A stretch of 64,000 bases of DNA, taken from the IMG/VR virus record IMGVR_UViG_3300027712_001108, positions 32,001 to 96,000 of that record. The stretch is one strand, 5' to 3'. A program made the position numbers and the translations under genes. How positions within the stretch are numbered: position 1 is the first letter of the stretch; every line of letters starts with the position of its first letter. This DNA is from a virus. Under the pieces are notes generated by a model that did not search any database, was not told the DNA's origin, and worked only from the letters and a program-made list of their open reading frames with translations. Positions 42,914 to 52,130 of this stretch are shown in pieces.

Positions 42914-43822
42914 ATGAAAAAACTTATTGCACTTATTATAATTGCTGTATTGGCAATTGCTGCATGGTATTATCATCCAAAGACTATGCAGCTTTATACC
43001 AGTAATACGTTTACTCCTAGCTTTGTTGTAGACTATGCAAAATGTGGTACCTATCCTGTAATTTCCGGTGCCAGTGTTACGTTTGGATCAGGCTCCACAT
43101 GTGCTGCGGGTCGTGTTGTATCACAGCATGGTTATACAAATATTACCAAAATAACAGCTACTATTGACCTTAGCAAGGTTACACAGAATTATGTTAATGC
43201 GGCTGTGTATATGGTAGAGGATCCAACTAAACCTTCTACACAGCCATCAGGTAGCAATTATTGCGATGCAGGTGGCAACAACAACAATTGGAACTGTAGA
43301 GAACTTGATATTATAGAGACTAATGGGAACAAAATAACACAGACTACCATGCATTTGGGATCTGGCGGCAGCAGTGCACCGCAACGCTATGAATATAGTT
43401 TTTCAGATACTGCCAACACGTCGTGCTTTAATTACAGCAACATGAAAAACGACCCTGCCGCCGGTACACACAGTTTAGTAGACATAATTGATATGTCAAA
43501 ACCATTCCAAATGACTACGGTGTTTGACTATACCACACCCGGTATGACAGTAACATACAGTCAAAACGGTAAAAGCGTAGTTGTGTATGATACCGCAGAC
43601 GGCAGTGGTGCAGAAGGCAGTGGTACACTGGATATGAACGACTTGATCAACAGTATGGCTGTGGGCTATTGGTTAGAGCTTAGTTTTTGGCAAGGCTACA
43701 GCCCAACTGGTCCAAATGGTACATGGTGGAATGGTTCATGTAGTTGGGGCAGTCTTTGCAACAGCAGTGGGCAATACTGGACTATTACTGATATAGTAGT
43801 AACAGCAGATAGCGAAATTTGA
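42914..43822 (+). CDS. secreted GH7/GH16-like (clan B) glycoside hydrolase
   Basis: signal peptide; YCDAG...CRELDIIETN; IDMSKPF; LELSFW. Confidence 0.65.
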   Translation: MKKLIALIIIAVLAIAAWYYHPKTMQLYTSNTFTPSFVVDYAKCGTYPVISGASVTFGSGSTCAAGRVVSQHGYTNITKITATIDLSKVTQNYVNAAVYMVEDPTKPSTQPSGSNYCDAGGNNNNWNCRELDIIETNGNKITQTTMHLGSGGSSAPQRYEYSFSDTANTSCFNYSNMKNDPAAGTHSLVDIIDMSKPFQMTTVFDYTTPGMTVTYSQNGKSVVVYDTADGSGAEGSGTLDMNDLINSMAVGYWLELSFWQGYSPTGPNGTWWNGSCSWGSLCNSSGQYWTITDIVVTADSEI

Positions 43823-43848
43823 TAACTAAAATTAGAAAGGAGGCAAAC

Positions 43849-44007
43849 ATGAAACAGAATAAACTTGTCAGTAAACTGTATCGTGCTTGTCTCGACCACG
43901 ACGAGAAGACCCTTGACAAACTTCGCAAGATGGAGTTTAAGAAGATCTTTAAGCACCGAGCCGAGAACAAGCCGTTCGGTACTAATTGGACCGTAGTAAG
44001 GTTCTAA
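43849..44007 (+). CDS. small hypothetical protein
   Basis: AGGAGG SD, MKQNKLV start. Confidence 0.6.
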   Translation: MKQNKLVSKLYRACLDHDEKTLDKLRKMEFKKIFKHRAENKPFGTNWTVVRF

Positions 44008-44015
44008 ACAACAAT

Positions 44016-44093
44016 GGGCCTGTAGTGTATCGCGGTGTACACGCTAGCCTGAAAGGCTAGAAAAGGATGTTCGAGTCAAGCCCCGGCCTACCA
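44016..44093 (+). tRNA. tRNA-Phe(GAA), atypical
   Basis: CTAGC-CTGAAAG-GCTAG; imperfect T and acceptor stems; CCA. Confidence 0.7.
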
Positions 44094-44230
44094 AAAACGT
44101 ATAAGTAACAATTAGATAGCATCAAAAGGGAAACAGATGCCAAACGACGGTCATAGTAACTAGCCATCAAGAACAGTTGGTATGATCGTCGTACCCGTGC
44201 TCTTGATGGCCTAAACATCAAGGAGCACCA

Positions 44231-44560
44231 ATGAACCAAGTTATATATAATGGATTCGATTTGCTTAGCAATTGGATAGCTAGAACAACTGGTAAACCGC
44301 AGGCATTCTTAATAGCCTGTGCAGTTGTAATTTTTTGGGCTGTAACAGGTCCGTTATTTGGATTTAGCGATACGTGGCAGCTGGTAATCAACACCAGTAC
44401 TACTATTATTACATTCTTAATGGTATTCTTGTTGCAGAATACAGGTAACAGAACTATTGAGGAAATGCATGCTAGACTACGGGGTATGGAGCAGCAAAAT
44501 TCTCAAATAATTGCTGCACTTAACCAAATAACTGTTGACCGTATGTCAATAGATGTGTAA
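44231..44560 (+). CDS. low-affinity iron permease family small membrane protein
   Basis: GPLFGFSDTWQLVINTSTTIITFLMVFLLQN signature. Confidence 0.85.
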   Translation: MNQVIYNGFDLLSNWIARTTGKPQAFLIACAVVIFWAVTGPLFGFSDTWQLVINTSTTIITFLMVFLLQNTGNRTIEEMHARLRGMEQQNSQIIAALNQITVDRMSIDV

Positions 44561-44589
44561 ATTATATACACAACAAAAGGAGTCGTGTT

Positions 44590-44769
44590 ATGAAACGTAA
44601 ACAGCTAAAAGCGCCTAAACCGCGCAATCCCATTGTTAATATTGTCATGTTCCGCAGCGGTGCCGGTGTACATGACAAGCCCAACAAAGCCAAACGAGCA
44701 GCTAACAAAGTTGCTATGAAAAAGCAGGTCAGGGACAGTTTTGACCCTGACCGCAGTTTTGCAGCATGA
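44590..44769 (+). CDS. small basic protein (59 aa), ArfA/BrfA-like candidate
   Basis: AAGGAG SD; PRNPIV...GAGVH; hairpin in the 3' end of the CDS; C-terminal FAA. Confidence 0.6.
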   Translation: MKRKQLKAPKPRNPIVNIVMFRSGAGVHDKPNKAKRAANKVAMKKQVRDSFDPDRSFAA

Positions 44770-45851
44770 CAGATACTAAACCATTTTGTTCTGCACCATG
44801 GACAAGTATTCAACATGGCTCTGTACTTCATCAAGGTGGTACATGCCCATGCTGCGAGTGGAATGGTAAAATATACAAAGGCGGTATTAAACAGTATTTG
44901 GAATCAGACTGGCTGCGCAGTGTTAAAGAAACCATGCAATCATATGACATGGATATAATCAATTCAACTTGTAAATCTTGTTTAGAAGTCGAAAAGCTAA
45001 ACATGCGGTCTAAGAGAAATCTAATAGACAACTGGATCGAATCTACCACTCTTGAATTTGACAAAATTGGATTAGTGGATTATCGGGCTAGCAATTTATG
45101 CAATTTAAAATGCAGAATGTGTTTTCCCAGTAACAGTTCTATGATTGCCAAAGAGATGAATATAGACATAGATAACAGCAACAATTTCGTTGATGATATT
45201 TACGAATATGATTTAAAAGATGTTGCTATTGTTAATATCGTAGGCGGCGAACCCAGTATAGATGATAAAGTTTTTAAGTTCCTAGATTGGTTAATTCTAA
45301 ACAACTGGCATGAACAAATGGAGTTGACTATTACAACTAATGCAACAAATACCAATAAAAACTGGATTGATCGCATTTCGAAATTTAAAAGATTAAATGT
45401 TATAATAAGTGTAGATGGTATAGGTGATGTATATGAATATATTAGAACAAATGCCAAATGGGACAGTGTAAGTAAAAACATATCCGTATACGAATCTATG
45501 CCAAATATTAGTGTAGCTTTTCAAATAACAGGCAGTATGTATAATATACCTGTAATAGAAAAATGGTTACCATGGTTTTTAGATAAGGAATATGCAAACA
45601 TATATCCGGTAGAAAGCCAACTGCATTTGACATTGGCGGCATTATCACCGGATATTAAACAAGAGAAAATTGCGTATTTAAAAACCATAAACTCTCATAT
45701 GGCAGCATCTACTATACAGATGTTAGAAAATGCAACATATGACAAGGCGGTACATTGCGCATTCGTTGATGATACTAATAAGTTAGACGGCATACGACAA
45801 ACAGACATTACCAGTATTGATACTGTTTTCGAACGAATACTGCGCCCGTAG
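44766..45851 (+). CDS. radical SAM protein with Twitch-like domain
   Basis: CNLKCRMC, GGEP; stop codon inside tRNA-Lys. Confidence 0.9.
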   Translation: MTDTKPFCSAPWTSIQHGSVLHQGGTCPCCEWNGKIYKGGIKQYLESDWLRSVKETMQSYDMDIINSTCKSCLEVEKLNMRSKRNLIDNWIESTTLEFDKIGLVDYRASNLCNLKCRMCFPSNSSMIAKEMNIDIDNSNNFVDDIYEYDLKDVAIVNIVGGEPSIDDKVFKFLDWLILNNWHEQMELTITTNATNTNKNWIDRISKFKRLNVIISVDGIGDVYEYIRTNAKWDSVSKNISVYESMPNISVAFQITGSMYNIPVIEKWLPWFLDKEYANIYPVESQLHLTLAALSPDIKQEKIAYLKTINSHMAASTIQMLENATYDKAVHCAFVDDTNKLDGIRQTDITSIDTVFERILRP

Positions 45852-45918
45852 CTTAGTTGGTCTAAAGCAACCGACTTTTAATCGGTGATCCTGGGTTCAA
45901 ATCCCAGCGGGCACACCA
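45842..45918 (+). tRNA. tRNA-Lys(TTT)
   Basis: cloverleaf, CCA. Confidence 0.93.
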
Positions 45919-45995
45919 TTATTTTTTTATATAACACTATTATACTTTTAAATACTGTTATCATTGACACTGCTGTCGTATAGATTGAATAGATA

Positions 45996-46949
45996 ATGAA
46001 ACTTAACTTGCCTGATCATAGACTATTTAAAGATTTCAAACATATTAATCTTAACGTGGATCTAACATTATGTTGGACACCTGCTGCTGGCGGTCATTTT
46101 ATTTGTAATGCAATTTCAGATGTTAAAAATATACCAAATTCAGTGAATGAATATGGACACAGTGATTCATTATGGAACTATATGGATTTATATAACATAG
46201 AACATGAAAATATGGTCGAGTATCTTGATACAGTATATGATATTGCAAGCAACTTAGACTTTTCAAAAAAACGTATGGTATTGCGGTCTCATGGGTATCC
46301 TTTGTTATTATCTAACATTGTCAACTATAGTTCTAAAGAAATAGTAATCATACATCCAGATGAGGAAAGCAAATATTTACTATCTATATTATCAGCAATT
46401 AAACATAACTTCAATCCTGTATTAGATATCAGTGCTATTGTAGATCTAGTAGATAGGGTACAGAAGTCCAATATCAAAGTACATGCAGACGATCTAATAC
46501 TATTAACTGAACAAATTGTAACGTATATTGATCGCAACGTTGATATAAACACTGCTGGGATAATATGGTATTATTTTTTACATTGCAAAAAACATAATTT
46601 AATATCAACAAAATCAATCTTCAATGACTTTATAAAAGATTTATTTAAGAATTGTATTATGTATGATAATATTACACCTGATTGCGGACTGACAGATATA
46701 GTAGAATATCTGTCACAGTTTGGTAATTGTAAGGTTATAAATTACATAGACCTATTTTTTAAATTAAAAATACCATCAGATGGACTGCTAGCTAAATTAG
46801 ATAAAACAGAAATATATAACTACAGTAAAGCAAATTTAAAGTTAATAATTAAGTTTTTATCATTGGTAGATGACACGGAAGCTGCTAAAATAAAAGACTA
46901 CATTGCTGCATTTAAACATTATTTAGAAGAAAGTATACGTTCAGTATAA
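45996..46949 (+). CDS. hypothetical protein, sulfotransferase-like loop
   Basis: WTPAAGGHFI. Confidence 0.55.
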   Translation: MKLNLPDHRLFKDFKHINLNVDLTLCWTPAAGGHFICNAISDVKNIPNSVNEYGHSDSLWNYMDLYNIEHENMVEYLDTVYDIASNLDFSKKRMVLRSHGYPLLLSNIVNYSSKEIVIIHPDEESKYLLSILSAIKHNFNPVLDISAIVDLVDRVQKSNIKVHADDLILLTEQIVTYIDRNVDINTAGIIWYYFLHCKKHNLISTKSIFNDFIKDLFKNCIMYDNITPDCGLTDIVEYLSQFGNCKVINYIDLFFKLKIPSDGLLAKLDKTEIYNYSKANLKLIIKFLSLVDDTEAAKIKDYIAAFKHYLEESIRSV

Positions 46950-47117
46950 ATTCAGGAGAACTCGATTGACTGTAGAAGAAAGATTGGCAAAATTAGAAGC
47001 AATCGTTGAATTGCTCATTGACGATCCTGTAGTTAGACATAAAATTGAAGTTGCTAGATTGAAGTCTGGTAGTAACAAGAATCCTCTTAGATTCGAAATA
47101 AAGGCAAATTATCAATA

Positions 47118-47519
47118 ATGATTGAATGTTTGATCATGGGAGACAGCATTGCTGTTGGCATTGCACAGCAACGCACCGAATGCGTAGTTGAAGCCAAAGC
47201 TGGTATCAACAGTATGGATTATGTTAACGGACTGTACTTTTTCTATGCAGTACCTAAAGCAAAGACCACTGTAATCAGTCTTGGTAGCAATGATCGGGAT
47301 ACTAGCGAAACATACCCTGTACTGGTCACGCTGCGCGATGAAATCAAAGGCTCCGTGCTTTGGATCCTGCCTGCAAAACAAGACGAAGTACGCAATATCA
47401 TGCTAACTATTGCACGCGAACGTGGCGATGCAGTTGCAGATACTCGTGCATGGCCATTGTCACTGGATGGTGTTCATCCTACTACAAAAGGATACCAAGG
47501 ACTTGCAGAGTCCTTTTAA
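47118..47519 (+). CDS. SGNH/GDSL hydrolase
   Basis: GDSIA, LGSND, DGVHP. Confidence 0.85.
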   Translation: MIECLIMGDSIAVGIAQQRTECVVEAKAGINSMDYVNGLYFFYAVPKAKTTVISLGSNDRDTSETYPVLVTLRDEIKGSVLWILPAKQDEVRNIMLTIARERGDAVADTRAWPLSLDGVHPTTKGYQGLAESF

Positions 47520-47526
47520 AGACAAT

Positions 47527-47603
47527 GCATCCGTAGCTCAACTGGATAGAGCGTGGGCCTACGAAGCCTGAGGTTGGGAGTTCGAATCTCTCCGGGTGCA
47601 CCA
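47527..47603 (+). tRNA. tRNA-Arg(ACG)
   Basis: cloverleaf, CCA. Confidence 0.95.
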
Positions 47604-47608
47604 ATAAT

Positions 47609-47698
47609 GGATGGGTGTTAGAGTGGTTGATTATGCACCCTTGGAAAGGGTGTCTGGATGCGAGTCCAGCGAGGGTTCGAATCCCTCCTCGTCCGCCA
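47609..47698 (+). tRNA. tRNA-Ser(GGA)
   Basis: long variable arm, G73-CCA. Confidence 0.92.
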
Positions 47699-47717
47699 TA
47701 TAAAAGGTAAGTTAGCT

Positions 47718-47990
47718 ATGACAATATACAAACATGTTTATCTTGCTGCATCATGGACAGATGACGATTTGGATCGCATACGAGAATTACGCAAAACTCA
47801 TGCACAGCAAGAAGGCAATGCAGATTTACCTAAAGACGTTCGAAAAGATCATCAACGCCATGTGAAAGCCTACACTATATTGTTAGAATACTTTTATGGT
47901 ACTGGGCGTTTTGCCAACACTAACAATAGTGCTGCTTTATGGCCAGATGAGTTAGAAATACATATGCAGATTGCACTATCGCATCTGTAG
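47718..47990 (+). CDS. hypothetical protein
   Basis: start MTIYK; TAG stop. Confidence 0.6.
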   Translation: MTIYKHVYLAASWTDDDLDRIRELRKTHAQQEGNADLPKDVRKDHQRHVKAYTILLEYFYGTGRFANTNNSAALWPDELEIHMQIALSHL

Positions 47991-48007
47991 AATAACAGAG
48001 ATACATA

Positions 48008-48134
48008 GAACTGATGCCAGAGTCTGGTTTAATGGAACTGTGGAGAACGCAGTGGCCTATGCGCTGACACATACGGTTTTAAAGCCGGTAATCTGTTATA
48101 GCAGGTCCGTGGGTTCGAATCCCACTCAGTCATG
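48008..48134 (+). ncRNA. Ser-type tRNA-like RNA with expanded variable region
   Basis: D arm CCAGAGTCTGGTTTAATGG, ACTGT/GCAGT stem, ~55-nt variable region, GTGGG-TTCGAAT-CCCAC; no CCA. Confidence 0.55.
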
Positions 48135-48413
48135 TAAAAATAAACGTGTGATAAACAGGGGGTTGCCTATGTTACAGCGCCAAGCGAGAACCAAGTACTA
48201 AAACTTTGGTACGATATACAACACACTATACCAGTCTACTGGTCTAGTAAAGAATCAATTAAACAGTTCAAAACTGCCAGCGAACACATGCAAAAGCATG
48301 GAGTAAACTATCGTATGAACAACAAGGATGGGTATGCGAATGCATATCACAGCTTGAATAATATTGATATCATTCAGTAAATATGCTAGATTTAATATAG
48401 TAGGCATGACAAT

Positions 48414-49307
48414 ATGAAAAACTATGTACTAGTTAGATTTATGGGTGGTAGTGGCGGTGAACGAATTGCCAGTATAGCAGCATATTATTTGGATCAAGAA
48501 TACCAGTCGATAGTTACTAGTCATAACAGGTTTATGTTCAACGATTTGTTTAATACTGCGCTTCAGCTAGAAGCACCATCCGATGATCTAGTTAATAAAC
48601 TTAATATACCAAACACATATTGGTATAATATGGATGCTGAGATGATAAGCACTGTTGTGGAAAGTTTTAAACAACAACACCCGTTTAGATCAGTCGGTAA
48701 AACGCATTATCATTTTGATAAAAACTTAGATTATTCAGTTGCATTTAAAGGATTTAAAATACTAGATTTAAAACCCAGTCATAATAAATTGTGGTTAATA
48801 AATGCATTGCAATTATATAAAACTGCATGCAATATAGAAACTACACAATTATCACATAACGGTATATATACAGGCAAATTCTACCATGCAATAACCGATC
48901 ATTTTAATACACACGGATGGTGGCCTGAATATTGGATGTGGTATGGCCCTATACCATGGAACGAGTTCATAGATAAAGTTTGTTTAGATATCGTATCTGA
49001 ATTAGAACACAACACTGTTATTAGTACACCAGGCATGTTATTAGAATCTGCAAATATAGTAACAGATATTAAATTATCATGGACAGACGAGTTTTGTAAA
49101 TTTATTGGTATATCTGAATTAATACCGGAACATCGCGCAGAGATGGTTGAATGGGTAACCGGTAATTTAAAAATACTAGAACATTTAGGACTAGCTGATA
49201 AAATCAATGAAAATTTATCAGCAACAGAACAGGTACAGTTATTGAAATCTACATTTGTACCTATATATGATGATATCATATATGAAAAGTTCAACATACG
49301 TATATAA
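48414..49307 (+). CDS. hypothetical protein, sulfotransferase-like loop
   Basis: VRFMGGSGGERI, KTH. Confidence 0.55.
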   Translation: MKNYVLVRFMGGSGGERIASIAAYYLDQEYQSIVTSHNRFMFNDLFNTALQLEAPSDDLVNKLNIPNTYWYNMDAEMISTVVESFKQQHPFRSVGKTHYHFDKNLDYSVAFKGFKILDLKPSHNKLWLINALQLYKTACNIETTQLSHNGIYTGKFYHAITDHFNTHGWWPEYWMWYGPIPWNEFIDKVCLDIVSELEHNTVISTPGMLLESANIVTDIKLSWTDEFCKFIGISELIPEHRAEMVEWVTGNLKILEHLGLADKINENLSATEQVQLLKSTFVPIYDDIIYEKFNIRI

Positions 49308-49313
49308 CATTAT

Positions 49314-49390
49314 GCGCCGATAGCTCAGTGGTCTAGAGCAGGGAGCTCTTAACTCCAAGGTCGTGGGTTCAAATCCCACTCGGCACACCA
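49314..49390 (+). tRNA. tRNA-Lys(CTT)
   Basis: cloverleaf, CCA. Confidence 0.93.
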
Positions 49391-49420
49391 ACAATGAACG
49401 CAAAGGAACACGCAATTGGG

Positions 49421-49696
49421 ATGTCTTACCACGAACTAGATACGTATATCCGTTCCAACACAGATCGCTACAGACTGTATGATTGGCAACAGATAGAACA
49501 GATGCGTAATGATCTAGCTGCATACGGCAGTGAATTAAGTTCACTCAGCCTTAGAAGAGCGCAAGACAGTGAACTTGTTGATGCTGTAATCAAATTACGA
49601 CAGGAATTACGCGACGAGAAGAACTATGCGTTAAGTGATAGATTGCGTGATATACTAACAGCATCGGATTATAATATAGCCGATGTTAAGAAATAA
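49421..49696 (+). CDS. small protein with CysRS C-terminal-like helix
   Basis: LRQELRDEKNYALSDRLRDIL. Confidence 0.55.
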   Translation: MSYHELDTYIRSNTDRYRLYDWQQIEQMRNDLAAYGSELSSLSLRRAQDSELVDAVIKLRQELRDEKNYALSDRLRDILTASDYNIADVKK

Positions 49697-49698
49697 AA

Positions 49699-49902
49699 TT
49701 ACATTCCAAGCAGTGTTTTTATCATTGGCAGAAGATGATCTAGCACAGTAAGAGTCACTACCATGGCAATAACTGAAATGGATATCCAGTTTTTACGTCG
49801 ACTGTCGCTTATCAGCGTAAAGGCAACCATTTCGTTGCCTAGCAAACGGAATACCATTTCTAAACGCTCCGGTGGTTCCGGTGGTGTAAAATTTTCATTC
49901 AT
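49699..49902 (-). CDS. small membrane protein
   Basis: AAGGA SD, MNENF start, one TM helix. Confidence 0.55.
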   Translation of the reverse strand: MNENFTPPEPPERLEMVFRLLGNEMVAFTLISDSRRKNWISISVIAMVVTLTVLDHLLPMIKTLLGM

Positions 49903-49931
49903 AGCTATTCCTTTTGAATATTTATGAATAT

Positions 49932-50007
49932 CCCTAGATAGCTCAGTTGGTAGAGCACGTGCCTGAAGAGCATGGTGTCGGCGGTTCGAGTCCGTCTCTA
50001 GGGGCCA
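49932..50007 (+). tRNA. tRNA-Phe(GAA)
   Basis: cloverleaf; G73. Confidence 0.92.
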
Positions 50008-50056
50008 ATTACAATTTTTATGAAAACAATTGCATTTTCTTAAAAATATAATAAAT

Positions 50057-50085
50057 CTGTTATCGTTTTTACATAAAACTGTTAC
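50057..50085 (+). promoter_or_regulatory. Pho box-like element
   Basis: CTGTTAT-N4-TTTACAT-N4-CTGTTAC at 11-bp period upstream of pstS. Confidence 0.55.
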
Positions 50086-50145
50086 ATTAATACCACATAC
50101 TTGTAATGAAGGGAAGGCCTTCATTGCCATGTATAGGGGAATTTA

Positions 50146-51135
50146 ATGAAAATATTAGCACTAAGCGTTGCGCTTACACTAGCAGCATTCACGACTGCGT
50201 CTGCCAAAGACGTTGTACAATTAACAGGAAGTTCTACAGTTTTGCCATTTGCCACAATTGCTGCTGAAGCATTTGGTGAAAATTACAAATTTGGCACGCC
50301 AATTGTTGAAGGTGGTGGTACTGGTGCAGGTATTGCAAAGTTTTGTGAAACTGATGATGCCGAATCAGTTGATATTGCTGATGCATCACGCAAGATGAAG
50401 TCAGGCGAATTGTCGCTGTGCCACAAGAACGGTGTTAGTAAAGTTCTTGAAGTGCGTATTGGCTATGATGGTATCGTATTTGCATCTGCTGCAAGCGGGC
50501 CAGAGTTTGCCTTTACTCCCAGTGACTGGTTCAAGGCACTGGCTGCTGAAGTTGACATAGACGGCAAGCTAGTACCCAATCCCTATACCAAGTGGAACCA
50601 AGTTGACCCCAAGTTGCCCGACCAAGAGATTTTGGTATTCATCCCAGGTACCAAACACGGCACACGCGAAGTATTTGACCAAAAGGTCGTCACCAAAGGT
50701 TGCACAGTATTCAAATCTGACAAACTGTTCAAAGCCCGCGATGGCAAGGCAGATGGTTGTACTGTACTGCGTAAAGATGGTCGTGCTGTGGAGATTGACG
50801 GCGACTACACCGAAACTCTAAAGCGTCTCGAAGCCAACCCAACATCTATGGGTGTATTCGGCTTGTCGTTCTATGAGAACAATACTGACAAACTGCGTGT
50901 GGCTACCTTCCAGGGTGTGGTTCCTAATAAAGAAACCATTGCTGCTGGCAAGTATGCAGTATCACGTCCGCTGTTCATGTATGTTAAGACACAACATTTT
51001 GGTACTACTCCTGGTTTGAAAGAGTTTGTACAATACGTTGTATCTGACGAACTGGCTGGCCCAAATGGCGTTATGGTAGAAGCTGGGCTTGTAGCTGATC
51101 CCAAGCTAGCAGAGACTCAAGCAAAAGTTAAGTGA
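50146..51135 (+). CDS. pstS: phosphate ABC transporter substrate-binding protein
   Basis: signal peptide, GSSTVLP, GGGTGAG, DASR, YAVSRPLFMYVK. Confidence 0.92.
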   Translation: MKILALSVALTLAAFTTASAKDVVQLTGSSTVLPFATIAAEAFGENYKFGTPIVEGGGTGAGIAKFCETDDAESVDIADASRKMKSGELSLCHKNGVSKVLEVRIGYDGIVFASAASGPEFAFTPSDWFKALAAEVDIDGKLVPNPYTKWNQVDPKLPDQEILVFIPGTKHGTREVFDQKVVTKGCTVFKSDKLFKARDGKADGCTVLRKDGRAVEIDGDYTETLKRLEANPTSMGVFGLSFYENNTDKLRVATFQGVVPNKETIAAGKYAVSRPLFMYVKTQHFGTTPGLKEFVQYVVSDELAGPNGVMVEAGLVADPKLAETQAKVK

Positions 51136-51145
51136 TTGACCAACG

Positions 51146-51171
51146 GATGGTGCTCTACACAGGGCACCATC
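51146..51171 (+). terminator. hairpin after pstS
   Basis: GATGGTGCTC/GGGCACCATC. Confidence 0.55.
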
Positions 51172-51260
51172 AACTACAATAAAATAGCCAAACAGTATTG
51201 ACATATACTACACAATAGTATACTTACTGTGTTACAGATACACACAGTTGGAGATATACG

Positions 51261-51593
51261 ATGCCTTGCAGCGATGGCGGATACAGCGACGAAGTTCGTG
51301 TTAGCCGAGATGAAGTTCAAGAACATACAATGTTGGAAGCTGCCATGTGCGGTATACTTACCGTGCTTGCAAAAAATGATTCTAATAACGACTTGGATTA
51401 TTTTTTCAAGAATGTCGATTGGAAAGAAGCTGGAGTCAAACGTAAGACACTTGAGATGTGGTGGCGTAAGCACAAGAAGCAAGATGAAGAACGTCGTGCT
51501 CGCGAAGCTGCTGCCCGCAACAAAGAACAACTCAAAGCCAGTGCAATCAACAAACTCACTGCGGAAGAACGTGCTGCACTGGGACTTTTGTAA
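51261..51593 (+). CDS. hypothetical protein
   Basis: GGAG SD; C-terminal KLTAEERAALGL. Confidence 0.65.
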   Translation: MPCSDGGYSDEVRVSRDEVQEHTMLEAAMCGILTVLAKNDSNNDLDYFFKNVDWKEAGVKRKTLEMWWRKHKKQDEERRAREAAARNKEQLKASAINKLTAEERAALGLL

Positions 51594-51614
51594 CAAATCA
51601 AGAAAGATAGACGC

Positions 51615-52130
51615 ATGAAATACTTGGCATTTTTAGACATAGATGGTGTTTTTACATCTGCTCGTGTACAATATGCGTCTGCAAACTCCAATGATATGTG
51701 GAACAAATTCGACCCCACTGCAATCGAGTTTATGAACAAGTTGCACGACAGAGTCAAGGATCTGCATTTTGTTTTGATTTCAACATGGAAAGAACACTTG
51801 CGCGAAGCTGATGAACAAACTGCGCATTGGATAATTGCAGCTTTTCGTAATGCAGGATTTCGCGGCGAATTTGCATCGCCGTGGAAGACCAATCCTGACA
51901 ACTTTGCTCGCTTTTATGAGAAAGGTATGACTCGCGCCAATGAGATCAAAGAATATCTAGAAGTGTATGCACCAAGTAATCAAGACTATATCATCTTTGA
52001 TGACAACGACTACGGGTTCGAAACTGTACTTGGTAAGAATCGCTGGGTGCATACCGACGGAAACAATGGTATCCTGTTGAAACACATGTACAATGCCATG
52101 AGCATTGTAGGTGAATGGGATACAAAATAA
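51615..52130 (+). CDS. HAD-like domain protein
   Basis: FLDIDGV, ISTWK, IFDD. Confidence 0.75.
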   Translation: MKYLAFLDIDGVFTSARVQYASANSNDMWNKFDPTAIEFMNKLHDRVKDLHFVLISTWKEHLREADEQTAHWIIAAFRNAGFRGEFASPWKTNPDNFARFYEKGMTRANEIKEYLEVYAPSNQDYIIFDDNDYGFETVLGKNRWVHTDGNNGILLKHMYNAMSIVGEWDTK

